Shown piece by piece: positions 1 through 12,887 of a DNA stretch of 64,000 nt. Origin of the DNA: Chiloscyllium plagiosum (lineage: Eukaryota). Positions within the stretch are counted from its first letter, which is position 1, and each line of letters starts with the position of its first letter. The stretch lies in contig NC_057750.1 of NCBI RefSeq assembly GCF_004010195.1, positions 4,692,745-4,756,744 on the forward strand, in the 5' to 3' direction. The notes under the pieces were generated by a model. That model searched no databases. It had not been told where the DNA came from and saw only the letters and a program-made list of their open reading frames with translations. A program made the translations under genes and the position numbers.

Positions 1-539
1 CAGCTTTCAGGATGACTTCTGAGCCTCCCAGCTCACAGTAAGGCCTGCCAGACCCAGGGACACACAAGAGAGTGCAGGTGATAAACCCACCCAACAAGCA
101 ACAGTCAATTAACAAGAGTACCAGAGTTCCTTCTGGTACAGAGTTCATTACCATTAACAGTTCTCTTCAAAATGTAGAGCCCATTCCCAGGAACAAAGTC
201 CACTCCAGTATACAAAGTGTACTGTCAGAAATAGAGTCCATTCCAAATTGCAGAGTCCACAACTGAGGGCAGAGTCCACTCCTGAAGGCAGCAAATGCAT
301 ACTCCACAATACACACACAGGCATTCAGTCTCCATAGAGGACCAGGCCCACTCACACAAACACAGTACATTGTAAAGATACAGTTCCCTCACAGGGGTTT
401 GGTCCCCTGCCAAAGGCAGAGTCCACTCCCAAACTCCAGGACACAGCAAGTGCTCACCTCCCAGCACACACACAGGTGTTCAGTCTTTACAGAGGCCTAG
501 TCCACTGGCAAAGGGTCAGGCCTCCCCACAGGAACAGCT

Positions 540-2408
540 CATCTAGAAAGATGCATTTTCTCGCAGGGGGAAGTCGGAGGGGGAAATAATACACTCCACT
601 CCCTGCGGAGCCCACCTCTCCCTGAACAGCTCGAGGATGTTGGTAGACACCGTGTGCTCCTTGTCCAGGGAGACCTGGGGTCTGACATAACAGCGAAAGA
701 GAGGTAGGCATTCGGCCCGAATGACACCCCTCAATGGGTAAAAATGTGGAACACTTCACTATATGGTTATTTGTTTTTCCTTCTGTTTTCAAAATAAACT
801 CCTCTTTAATGTGAGGACACCAACAAAAATCAGTCTCATCTCCTCTCTTCTTTAAAGAGCAGAGTCTTTCACTCCCTCAGAGGCAGCTCTCAGAGTGAGC
901 AGAACCCCTGGCACTCCTGTTTATTTATTTATTTTTATTTTGTTTACCCCCCCCCTCCATGTTGTGTGTGTGCAGGTGTAAGACACAAGGTGCACGAATC
1001 TTTATTCAGTTTCCACCACCAGGAAGAAAGGAAACACCCGAGTGGCCAGTGACAAGCAGTGCCCTTCACATCGAAGGGCAGTGCTGTGTGATCAAACAGC
1101 GAAGGGGAGGGCAGGGGTTAAAGCAAAATAGAGTTGGAGGGGGAAATAATGCACCCCACTCCCTGCGGCGCCCACCTCTCCCTGAACAACTCCAGGGTGT
1201 TGGTGGACACTGCGTGCTCCTTCTCCAAGGACACCCACTATATGGTTATATATTTTTTTATTTTAACCCCCACACTACCACCTAACTGCGGTAGTGCTTA
1301 TTTTTCCCCAGCACCCATGGTGTGTGTGTGCAGGTGTGAGACACAGTGAGAGACACAAAGTGCACGAATCTTTATTCAAATTCCACCACCAGGAAGATAG
1401 GAAAACACCCGGGTGGCCAGTGACGGACAGTGCTGTGTGATCAAAACAGTGAAGGGGAGGGTAGGGACTAAATCAAAATAGAGTTGGAGGGGGAAATGAT
1501 GCACTCCACTCCCTGCGGCGCCCACCTCTCCCTGAACAACTCCAGGGTGTTGGTGGGCACCGCGTGCTCCTTCTCCAAGGACACCCACTATATGGTTATA
1601 TATTTTTTTCCTGTCTTCAGACCTGCCTTCCTTCCTCCGTACGGGTGCCCGAAGATCAGGAGCGTGGGACTGAAGTGCAACCACTATATGGTTATATTTT
1701 TTTTTTCTTTTTTTTTTCTTTAATTTAACCCCCACACTACCACCTAAGTGCGGTAGTGCTTATTTTTTGCCCCAGCACCCATGGTGTGTGTGTATAGGTG
1801 TGAGACACTATAGCACTTTATTCTTTTTTTTTCTTTTTTTAAAGACACAAAGTGCACAAATCTTTATTCAATTTCCAACACCAGGAAGAAAGGAAACACC
1901 CGGGTGGCCAGTGACAAACACTGCCCTTCACATCAAAGGGCAGTGCTGTGTGATCAAAACAGTGAAGGGGAGGGTAGGGACTAAATCAAAATAGAATTGG
2001 AGGGAGAAATAATGCACTCCACTCCCTGCGGCGCCCACCTCTCCCTGAGCAACTCCAGGGTGTTGGTCGACACCGCGTGCTCCCTCTCCAAGGACACCCG
2101 GGCCCTAACGTAACCGCGGAAGAGGGGCAGGCAGTCGGCCCTAACGACCCCCTCCACGGCCCGCTGCCTGGACCTGTTAATGGCCAGTTTGGCCAGGCCC
2201 AGGAGCAGACCCACGAGGAGGTCTTCAGACCTGCCCTCCCTCCTCCGTACCGGGTGCCCAAAGATCAGGAGCGTGGGACTGAAGTGCAACCACTATATAG
2301 TTATATTTTTTTTCTTTTTTTTTCTTTTTTTATTTTTTTTTATTTTAACCCCCACACTACCACCTAAGTGCGGTAGTGCTTATTTTTTCCCCAACTATAT
2401 GGTTATAT
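540..2408 (-). mobile_element. Array of 5'-truncated Tx1-clade non-LTR retrotransposon 3' ends
   Basis: ORF2 C-terminus HFSPTLLIFGHPV...LLGLAKLAINRSRQ...CLPLFRGYVRARVSLEREHAVSTNTLELLRERWAPQGVECII, typical of Tx1/L1-group elements. Followed by a 3' UTR with AATAAA and A-rich tails; about 6 pieces. Confidence 0.8.
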
Positions 2409-2829
2409 CGGTCAGCCACAGCTTTCCTGATTGGTCCAGATTAACAACCCCCATCAATGACCTCATAGTCAACGCAGTCAACCTGGTTCCAATCACTACA
2501 GGGGTTGGTGGGGGTGTGGAGTCACTGTTTAAAAACTGTGGGACCTCCAAAGCAGAAGTTGCTTGTTAAGCGAAGTGGATGAAAGGTGATCGTAATGAAT
2601 GGGGGAAGCAGGGTCCAGAGGCCAAATGGTCTACCCCTGTTTCTTGTTGGTGTGCAACTCCCAATCCTGTCTTCATCTGACGTCCAGGGTGATGCCTTGG
2701 TCTAGCACCCAGCAATGGGAATGCCAGCTGCTTGTCCCTCAATGCCTCTGCACTCTGCCCATGCACACCTCCGGGAAAAGGCTACTGAGGACAACTTCCC
2801 TCGAGGATTTGTTGTTTATGAATTGTTCC

Positions 2830-3990
2830 GAGTGCAAGCATTGACTTGCCAAGTTTGAACACAAAGCTATTCCGGAAAGTTTCACATGGGAAACTGGTCG
2901 GTGAGGTCAGATCACCTGGGATCCAGGGGGGAGCTCGATGATCAGGTACGGAATTGGCTTGAAGCTGGGAGACAGAGGGTGGTGGCGGGGTTGTTTTTCA
3001 GGCTGGAGGTATGTGACCAGTGGTGTGCTGGGTCCACTACTTTTCGTCATTTATATAAATTAATTGGATGTGAATACAAGAGGTTTGTTATTAAGTTTGC
3101 AGTTGACAGTGGACAGTGAAGAAGGTTACCTCAGAGTACGACAGGATCGAAATTAGACGGGCTGATGGGCTGGGGAGTGGCAGATGGAGTTTAATTTAGA
3201 TAATTGAGGTGTTGCTGTTTGAAAAGGCAAATCAGGGCAAGACTTATACACTTAATGGGAAGGTCCTAGGGAATGTTGCTGAGCAAAGAGACCTTGGAAT
3301 GCAGGTTCATAGCTCCTTGAAAGTGGAGTCCCAGGTAGATAGGATAGTGAAAAAGGCATTTGGTATGCTTTCCTTTATTGGTCAGAGTATTGAGTACAGG
3401 AGTTGGGAGGTCATGTTGCGGCTGTACAGGACATTGGTTAGGCCACTGTTGGAATATTGCGTGCAATTCTGGTCTCCTTCCTATTGGAAAGATGTTGTGA
3501 AACTTGAAAGGGTTCAGAAAAGATTTACAAGGATGTCGCCAGGGTTGGGGGATTTGAGCTGCAGGGAGAGGCTGAACAGGCTGGGGCTGTTTTCCCTGGT
3601 GCGTCGGAGGCTGAAGGGTGACCTTATAGAGGTTTAGAAAATCATGAGGAACATGGATAGGATAAATAGATAAGGTCGTTTCTCTGGGATGTGGAAGTCC
3701 AGAACTAGAGGGCATAGGTTTAGGGTGAGAGGGGAAAGATATAAAAGAGACCTAAGGGGCAACTTTTTCACTCAGAGGGTGGTGCGTGTATGGAATGAGC
3801 TGCCAGAGGATGTGGTGGAGGCTGGTACAATTGCAATATTTAAGAGGCATTTGGATGGGTATATGAATAGGAAGGGTTTGGAGGGATATGGGCCGGGTGC
3901 TGGCAGATGGGACTAGATTGGATTGGGATATCTGGTCGGCATGGACGGGTTGGGCCGAAGGATCTGTTTCTGTGCTGTATGAGTCTGTGA
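2830..3990 (+). mobile_element. CR1 LINE 3' fragment (RT C-terminus and 3' UTR)
   Basis: Translates EVMLRLYRTLVRPLLEYCVQFWSP...LERVQKRFTRM...RRLKGDLIEV...RTRGH, the hallmark CR1 ORF2 end; disrupted frames. Confidence 0.9.
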
Positions 3991-6900
3991 AGTGAGACGA
4001 TGCAAACCTGGAAAACCCGGCACCAGGAATGACCTAGGATCGGTCAGAGTGATGTTGGGTCCGTCCTGGTTCATGTCTCAGGGTTGGACAACAGGGAGGG
4101 AGTTGGGAGGTAACAGGGAGTTAGGGCTTGGTTCCAGGGAGGGAGGAGGACTCCACATCTCCTGGTCACCATTACTGCCCTCACTGATCAGTTTCTTAAC
4201 GTTCTGCTCCAATTTGTGCACAGCAAGATCCCGCAGGTGGGAATGTCCTGCTTTGTTGATGGTAAAGAAGAGTGGATGCTGGAAGTCAGAAATAATCACA
4301 GAGCGAGAGAGAGAGAAAATGCAGGAGAAACTCAGCAGGGCTGGCTGCATCAGCAGAGAGAGAAACTGGGTGAATGTTTCAAGTCTTTGGTGTAAGTCTT
4401 CAGAACACAGTACACTCAAAACCCAGTTCTGAAGGAGAGTCATACCATACCCAAAACATTAATCTGCTCCCTCTCTCTACAGAGGTTGCCAGACCTGTTG
4501 AGTTTCTCCAGCATTCTGTGTCTGTCTCCAATTTGATGATCTTAGTTGATGGACAAGTCTCTGTCCAATGGAGAAGTCGCCCCTTTGATCTTCTCCAATG
4601 TCTTAGGGACATCTCATGGTCTCCAGAGACACCTATGAAGGGTCTTACTTTAAGGTGGGATGTAAACATAGCTCCTTTGCTAACCCATTGGGTGGTGTGG
4701 GGGGGTGGAGGTGGTGCTGAGTCAGGAAGGTGGTGGGATGGGTGACCGAAAGATTGGTCAAGATGGGAGTCAGAGAAAGGCAGAGGGGATTCCAGCGCTG
4801 TAGGCCCACTGACCAATGGCAGATGCTTGTGAGACTGGAGTTGGAGGAGTGTTGATGTTTCAGAGGGTTTGTAGGGTTGGGGGCATGGAGGGATTTGAAA
4901 TGAGGGTGAAAATGTTAAAATTGAGGCATCATTTGTTGAGGAGCCAGTGAGTCTGGGAGGGGGCAGGTTAATAGAGGAAAAGGACTTGATGCACGTCAGG
5001 GGCAGCAGGGATTCAGACAATAGGAGATTTGCAGAGGCAACAGGCCACAGGTAACAGGATGAGTGTCAAGGGAACAGCAGCACAGACGAGGTCTTCTGCA
5101 GGCGATGAGCCAAGGCATGGACAAGGCCAGCTCAGCAATGGCACAGCATCAGTCGACAGTGGGAGCCCAGACCCCCAAACGGGGCAGAAGTGCTCCCACT
5201 GAGTCATGGCCGGCCTGAGTTTCTTCAGGAGAAGAGGGCGATGTGTAACTGTGGGAGACCGGAGGAAGAGGCAACACACAGAGCTCCCAACAATCAGCAT
5301 CCGTCACCTCAATGAAACCAGACTCTCCACATAGCACTCAGTAATTATCCTTTATTTTCCAATAAAATTTCTCCAACATTACTTTAATCATAATTAATTA
5401 AGGAAGTCATCACATTGATTCTGAGAATTCTGTTGCCAAGACTAAACAAATAAATACATTATAATGCTTATTTTGTTCTGCTTTACAAGTTTACTAAACT
5501 TTACTACTGAGAAAAGGGACTCTTTCTGCTTTATCGTAAAACTAAATACAAATCATTAAAAACCAACAAAGATGATTTATATTAATCCCCAACATACACG
5601 CTTTTTAAAAACAAGATGATTGTCTATTAATTTAGTTTAAGTTATTGCTGTTCTATTTATTAATAATCTTACTTTTTATTTTACAAATGTATAGGTCAGC
5701 TCTTCAGTGGCGGTGTGACAGGTTTGCAGAGGTAGCGAGGAGGGGTTGGGTTTGTAGGATTCATTCACACACAGCGGGCAGTGCCCAGCTTGAGCGGTCT
5801 AACATCACTCGATTGTTGAATCAGAATCATTGCCAGGAGACGTCTGGCGCCTGGCATTTTCACTTTGGGGAGCCACAAACCAAAAGTGGGGCAGAACGTA
5901 AAGATGCAACTTGATACCAACTTCCATGGTCCAGTGCCCTCCCCATCCAGGTATACTGGGCTCTTTCCCCAATGAGAGTTTGGCGAGAGGCAAGGAGTGG
6001 TAGGTAGCCGAGCTAAATATTCGCCCTGCCAACCAACAACAAAAAAAGATACACTAGGACGTAAAATCCAAGATGGTAGGACTGTGACACGGAATTGAAT
6101 ATTCAACAAGATGAACAGTGTCCACAGAACTGACCAGAGTTCCTTTCGTGCAAAGACTTCTGTTCATTTCTGAAAACGGAGACATTTAGAGAAACAGACC
6201 AGTCCTTACTTCAGAAATGGCTCATCAGCACTCTGTGAAACCATCCAGGAGAGAGTGAGGACTTCAGATGCTGGAGATCAGAGTTGAGAGCGCGGTGCTG
6301 GGAAGACACAGCAGGTCAGGCAGCTGATGAAGGGCTTATGCCTGAAACATTGATTTCCCTGCTCCTCAGATGCTGCCTGACCTGCTGTGTCTTTCCAGCA
6401 CCACTTTCTCGACTCTGTGAAACCATCCCTCACTGCCCGTGAGCCCCCTGGGTACAAACTTCTTTCCATTTTTAAAATGTAACTATGACCACAACCAGAA
6501 GCGAGCAGACACACAGCTCCCTGGCGTTATCCCTATTGTCCCTCATACCCCAGTTATCACTGACTTACATCTAGTCCTGGTCTAGCAACAGCTCGATTTT
6601 AAAACCTTCATCTTTGTTTTGCGCTTTCTCAATCCCTCTCCCTTATCTCTGTAACAGGCTATAAAGTCAGATGATCAGCCATGAATGGTGCAGCAGGCTT
6701 GAAGGGATGAATGGCCTGTTCCTGGCCCAACTTTGACATTTCCTTCAGCCCCCAGGATCTCTGGACTCGCCCCAATTCCAGCCTCTGGCCTTTCCGCCTG
6801 ATGCCCATCTCTCAGCCATTGGCCATGCCTTCAGCCACTGAATCCCAATCCCTGGAATTCCCTCCCAGAAACCCTCCCCCGTTTCCACACGGTGGTCACT

Positions 6901-8919
6901 GACCTGTTTGAAAACACACACAGTGCAGTCCTGCAAATCACAAGAAGTGATTTGACTGACACAAGGGTATCAAGCAGGTCAGAGAAATCACAACCGCCTG
7001 GAGGAGGCAGAAGGGGGATGGGAATCTGTTCCAGTGCAAATATTTCTGGCCATGCGCAAGATCAATGGGTAACCTCCTGTAGCAAACCCACGCTAAAACT
7101 GAACGCAATCAAAGGTTTTCCAAAGGATTGTCGCTAGATCGTTTAACCCAGCTCCCCCCAGCCTTTCCAAAAGGCAATCTCTCCTCTTGGGCTATACTGA
7201 GTTCTGACTTCACCTAATGTCAGGGGAGAGGGTAATAACTAGTCCTCAGAGCTAGAGTGTCATGATCTGCTGATGGTCACTCATGGAGTTCCACCCATTC
7301 TCCTAGTCTGGGTCTCGATGGCGGGATGTTGGGGGTTGGCGGCTCTTGGCATGTGAGTGATCCCAGAGAGGAGAAACATCCAGTTTTCAGTGGCCAGAGG
7401 ACATGATGGAGATTGAAGAGACTGGCAGAGAAAGCTCCCGGGCACCAGTGCCCAGGCAGCCATTGTGGACAACATGCCAACAGAAGGGTTTCGGAGAGTT
7501 GCTCCCATTCTTCATTCTCAGCTTAACTGCTGCCGTAGGCCCATGCCTGCCTCAGGCTGCAGGGCAACAGATCCCAAGTGCCCTGAGGTAGACTTCACAC
7601 AGGTTCAGGTCTGAATCTCATTCTTACCCTCCGTGTCCCCACCCCAGGAGGGGAGTGGGCTCCTGACCAATCCCCCCCCCCCCCCTTCTGCAGCCTAGAG
7701 ATCAAGGATACCGCCTACAGTCAGTGGCACACTGTAGGCAAGGGCGATACCCATGGGGAGATACCCTCATCCATTGGTGGAATCTCTGGTTGCCTATTCA
7801 TCGAGCTCACCTCAATGGCAATGCTCTCAGTGCTGACTTTCCATGTCGATCAGCCTCTTATAGCTTGTGAGAGACTATGCCGGAATCAGATATACACACT
7901 GCTTCTGAGCTTGATACAGGGCTCGAAGGACTCCCATTGGGTGGACATTGTTACAACTGAGACCGTATGGTTCAGGAGTTAACAAGGAGCCATTGGGGTG
8001 AGCTGGCTGCTGTGCAAAGCCAAGGCAAGGGTCCATCTCAGTGTCTGTTCTTACAGTTCAGCCCTGCTGGGTCCCAGCCAGAGACCAAAGCTCTCAATAC
8101 TAACCCCCTCTAACCCCACCCTCCTGAGCTGTACCCCTGATGGTCAGTGCACTGAATCTGGTAAACACAACAAGGACAGCTCCATGTTCAGTAGGTCACG
8201 CATTCAGTGGGAGGTCACATTTTAAACTGGCAAGGAAACGGAGATTTGCCATTTCAAAGATTTCAACGCACTGCAGTGTATTCCTTGGCAGTATCTTGTA
8301 AAGCAGTGACCTCCACTGTCTGGAAGGCTAAGGGGAGCAAGATGGCTCCACATCAATAAACATTCACCCACTCCCTCCATCACTGACGCTCAGTAGCAGC
8401 AGTGTGTACCATCTACAAGATGCACTGCAGATACTCACCAAACTTCCTCAGACAGCACCCTCCAAACCCACTTCCATCTGGAAGGTCAAGAGCAGCAGAT
8501 ACATGGGAACACCACCCCCTGCAACCTCCCCTCCACTCACCATCCTGACTTGGAAATATATCACCATTCCTTCAGTATGGCTGAATTCCCTCCATCAGGG
8601 CAACCCACAGCACATGGACTGCAGCGGTTCAAGAAGGCAGCTCACCCCCACCTTCTCAAGGGGGCAATTAAAGACAGGGTAATAAATGCTGACCTTCCCA
8701 CAACCCTCATATTTCTAGAATTAACTTGTTCAAGAGGTATGTTTTTGATCTCAGCGGTTCCTGATTTCGATCAGACCATTCGAGGTAGCTGTCCAGCCAG
8801 ACCCAAGGCCCTATTGCTCTCTCAGCTGTTTTGTTGATATTGATATAATCTCTGGGCGGGGGCCCAAAGTCCCAGCTCCAAAACAGCCAAGCAATTGACA
8901 GCAAAGTGTAATCCAGCAA

Positions 8920-9305
8920 CACATATACACACAAATACACACACGCACACACATTCATATACACACACGCGCACCACTCAGACACACATACTCATTCTCA
9001 CACTCAAACACTCACACATTTTCACACACTCACATACATACACACACACAGACACTCTCACATTCATACACACACACACTCATTCACACATACTTATTCT
9101 CACACTCACACACACATTTTCATGCACTCACACATACAAATGCACTCAGACACACACTCAGCCATTCTGACACTCACACTCATTCTCACACTCACATACA
9201 CTCAGATACAGACACACACTCACACACACTCACACAGGCACACACACAAACCCAGAACCACACACCCAGACACACCCACACCCAGACACACCCACAGACA
9301 TACAC
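8920..9305. repeat. CA-rich low-complexity tract
   Basis: Degenerate (CA)n/(CACT)n. Confidence 0.9.
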
Positions 9306-9319
9306 AACCTCTGGACCAT

Positions 9320-10304
9320 GGACAATGAGGTAGGTTTGCCATGAAAGAATTATCCCTCCCTCTCTATGATGTGTATCACCGTTATAACCCTCTCGAGGGT
9401 AAATACCTCGAAACTGTGCGACAGAAAGTGGTTCTAGGTTGAATACAGACTCCCAGTCCTCCTCCTGCAAAGCAGAGAGGGTGAGGAGCCCTTGGCTCTG
9501 TTCTACAGAGACAGGCTGAACACAGTCACTCCATTCTGTCAACTGAAAAGCAAAGGGCTATTCCATGGGAACCAGGTTCGAAATGTGGCGGTTTCCTCAT
9601 TTAAATTCCCAAAAAGAAAGTTTAAAGGAGAAAACACAAAAAGAGAGAGAGAGAGAGTGTGGTGGTCTTGGGGTAATGTGGTCAGATGTGTCCACTGTCT
9701 CTGGAATTGGATCACCTCTTTATAGAGATTCCCAAAACCCACTCCCTGACAGAAAGCCCGCAGTATTTTCAAAGGTGGGGGGATCAAAGGGTTAGGGGAT
9801 GTGCTGTCCCAGGTGATTGGATGTTCAAATGCACACCTTCCCAACAATAATGTAAAAGAAATGCAAAATCAAATACACTCTCACCGCGGCTTCCCTCCCC
9901 AGTTCGTTAATCCCACGCCACCCCCGGGGTCACAAATAAGAGTTTATCAAGATCGGGGTGGGGGGGGCGGAGAAATGTCACTGAAGGAGAACATTTCTCT
10001 CCTGGTTGAAGTTTTTGCAAAGTCGTTCCATTTGGTGAATTCACATCCGCGCCGCCCCCCCCTCCCTTCCCCCACGTTTGGTTTTTAATGTAGAAATCCT
10101 TCCTTCTGCCCACCCCAGCCGTGCTATTGGATGTTGCTGATGGTGAAATAGATGACAGTACCCCCCCCCACCTCCACCAACGTCCCCATGCCAAACCCGG
10201 TCGGTGATTGTGTTTGCTGATGCCTAGTGAGCCTCCCCTCCTCCCCTCCCCCGGCCACCTCGAAACGGCCGTTGGGTCTCGCCCAAGCCTCTCGCCCACT
10301 GGCC
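9320..10304 (-). other. otx5: Probable 3' UTR of otx5 (end not determined)
   Basis: Unique sequence directly after the stop codon. An ATTAAA on the minus strand near 10083-10088 is the only near-canonical poly(A) signal I noticed. Confidence 0.45.
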
Positions 10305-10928
10305 CTACAAGACCTGGAACTTCCAGGAGGTCTGGTCCTTGTAATCCAAGCAGTCAGTGGGGCCGAAGTTCAGCTTCCAGGAGGAGGTCTGGTCCTTGTA
10401 ATCCAGGCACTCGACGGTGTTGAAGCCCAGGCTGGCCGAGCCGTAGCCCTGAGCTGAGAGGGAGGCCGGGGATTGGCTCAGGGGTCCGCCCATGGCCGGG
10501 GTGCCCAGGGGGCTGAGGGCAGACCCCGGGGCGGACAGCTGGGGGTGCATGGGGGACAGGTACGGTCCGCAGTCCAAGCCACTGAAGTACGGTGAGGAGC
10601 CGGCATAGCTCTGGTTGTATCCCTGGGCCTGGCTGTAGGTCATGGGGTAGGCAGCGGAGCGCTGCATGCAGGAGGCGGTGGAGGAGGAGAGCGGATCCGG
10701 GATGGGAGAAATCGAGGCCGGGCTCCAGATGGAGACGCTGGCGTTGGAGATAGAGCTGGCAGTGCCCACCGTCCCTGGCGGGTTCGGACTGTAGTGGCCG
10801 TTGCCATTGGTCTCGGAGCTGGTGTCCCGGCTTGGAGAGGTCTTCTTTTTAGCGGGCCGTGTTTTCGCCTGGCCGCTGCTCTGCTGCTGCTGCTGCCGGC
10901 ATTTCGCCCGACGGTTCTTAAACCAAAC
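10305..10928 (-). CDS. otx5: Otx5/Crx-class gene, last coding exon (624 bp incl. TAG)
   Basis: Acceptor ctcttcctgttgctcccaag| at 10929. Encodes [16 protein letters not shown] (K50 homeodomain helix 3), the [10 protein letters not shown] (WSP) motif and the duplicated Otx tail [16 protein letters not shown]...[16 protein letters not shown]. Total protein 290 aa. Confidence 0.97.
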   Translation of the reverse strand, partial: VWFKNRRAKCRQQQQQSSGQAKTRPAKKKTSPSRDTSSETNGNGHYSPNPPGTVGTASSISNASVSIWSPASISPIPDPLSSSTASCMQRSAAYPMTYSQAQGYNQSYAGSSPYFSGLDCGPYLSPMHPQLSAPGSALSPLGTPAMGGPLSQSPASLSAQGYGSASLGFNTVECLDYKDQTSSWKLNFGPTDCLDYKDQTSWKFQVL

Positions 10929-12651
10929 CTTGGGAGCAACAGGAAGAGCAGGGAGTTAATACGGTCAGTTCGACGCCTCCACACGGTGGCTACAAGGGCA
11001 GGTCAGAGGTTAGGAATAAGGCGTCAAGATTAGAGTGGTGCTGGAAAAGCACAGCAGGTCAGGCAGCATCCAAGGAGCAGGAGAATCGACATTTCAGGCA
11101 AAAACCCTTCATCAGTATTCCTGCCTTTGCCAGAAATGTAGATTCTCCTGCTCCTCGGATACTGCCTGACCTGCTGTGCTTTTCCAGCACCACTCTAATC
11201 TTGACTCTAATCTTCAGCATCTGCAGGACCCACTTTCGCCCACCATCCAGGACAAAGCAGTCGCTTGATTGGCAACACATCCACAAACATCCCCTCCCTC
11301 CACCCCTGACGCTCAGTAGCAGCAGTGTGTACCATCTACAAGACGCACTGCAGCATCTCACCAAAGATCCTCAGGCAACACCTTCCAAACCCACAGCCAC
11401 TTCCATCTAGAAGGACCAGGGGCAGAAGATACATGGGAACACCACCCCCTGCAATTTCCCCTCCAAACAACTCCCCATCCTGACTTGGAAATATATCGCT
11501 GTTCCTTCAGTGATAGAACCCTGGAATTGTGTCCCCTAAGGGCATTGTAGGTCAACCCACAGCATGTGGACTGCAGCGGTTCAAGGCGGCAGCTCACTCC
11601 CACCTTCTCAAGGGGCAACTAGAGACGGGCAATAAATGTGGGCCCAGCCAGCGACAAGTAAATAAAAAAAGGAGGCCATTCAGCCCCTCAAGAATGGTTC
11701 ACAATTCAATATGGATCAGAGCATAATCTGAGTCTTTAATCCATCTGTCAGTCTTGGATCCAGATTGTTCAACACAAAACTATTGGTGCCCATCATACAG
11801 TGGGAGGGTGTTGACTCAAATGGTTAGAGAATGGTATCAGTGGTTATGGGTTCAACCCTCCCACCCACAATCCACATCACACAAACGTTCTTGTGGCACA
11901 ATGGTAGTGTTCCTCCCTCTGAACGCTCCCTTTGCTCTAGAGGTGCGCACTAACATCGTTGAACAGGGAAATAGCTGGATGTTTTCAATTCACCTTAGAT
12001 TATTGCCTCCATTGCAATAGGTGGGTCTGGTTATCTCCACACTGCAGTTTGTGGGAGTTTGCTGTCCATAAATCAGCTGTTGTGTTTCTTACAACACAAC
12101 CCGGACTGTAAAAAGACTCCATTGGCTGCGAGGTGCAGGGGTGATAAAGGGCGCTAGGGAAATGGAGCTCTTTGTCTTGACATGCACACTATCCCCACCT
12201 CCGCACGCACCCCCCCCCCCCCCCCCCTTCCCACATTGGAGGTTCTACTGAGGCAATGATTGGATAGTTATTTAAAATGCAACAATGTCCAAGGGTCTGG
12301 GGGTAAGTGGCAGGAGAATGCCACCAGGGTGATGGTGCTGATTCGATGGGCTGAATGGCCTCCTTTTGTGGCGTCACACTTCTGTGATTCTGCAAAAAGG
12401 AACACTTCCATTATCCAGCCACAAAGCTGAGCTAAAACTGGAAAATCCAATCATTTAACAAGTTTCCACCAACCCCCTGGAGCTTCACTGGAGGGTGACT
12501 AAGGTGTCTCCCGCTGCTGCTCTCTCCGAGCAAGGACAAGCAAACTCTGACCCACCTGACAAGCCAGAGGCTGAGAGCTGGAGGGGAATGGAGTCCACAG
12601 AAGAACCAAATGACAGGCTTTCCTTAGCTCACAGAGGGGCAGATATCACCA

Positions 12652-12887
12652 TGAAATAACTCCACAGGGGCAGATATCCTGTCACCAAGTCACCCGTTAT
12701 TTACATGTACAGACTACATGGGCTCTGACCGGCCAGCTCACATCTCGTCCCCAGGGTGAGGTGACTCTCTGAATCTCCTGTTTCTATCTGTCAGCCGGGG
12801 CTCCCTGATTGACCCCAGTTAACAGCCCCAATCAGGGATCACATACTCAATGAGATCCACCTGACCAACCTCATTCCAATGACGACA
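12652..12887 (-). mobile_element. Solo-LTR-like repeat; a related copy is split around the Tx1 array (about 795-925 and 2409-2500)
   Basis: TG...CA ends and CAATCAGG followed by a TATA-like GATAGAAACAGGAG on the minus strand. Clear similarity to 2405-2500 (gtcagcc...cctgattg...ttaaca.cccc...ttccaat.ac.aca). Confidence 0.5.

Noticed and set aside
1268..1300. cccc-cactaccac similarity to the reverse complement of the U1 snRNA 3' region
   Set aside because: Only about 10 matching bases; it is the Tx1 terminal hairpin, and no other U1 sequence is present.
3209..3916. CR1-derived ORFs as functional genes (also 54918-55541)
   Set aside because: 5'-truncated fragments with stops and frameshifts; no intact ORF2.
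4990..8330. Possible old Harbinger-like DNA transposon remnants
   Set aside because: The texture is suggestive, but I could not identify a transposase motif or paired TIRs by eye.
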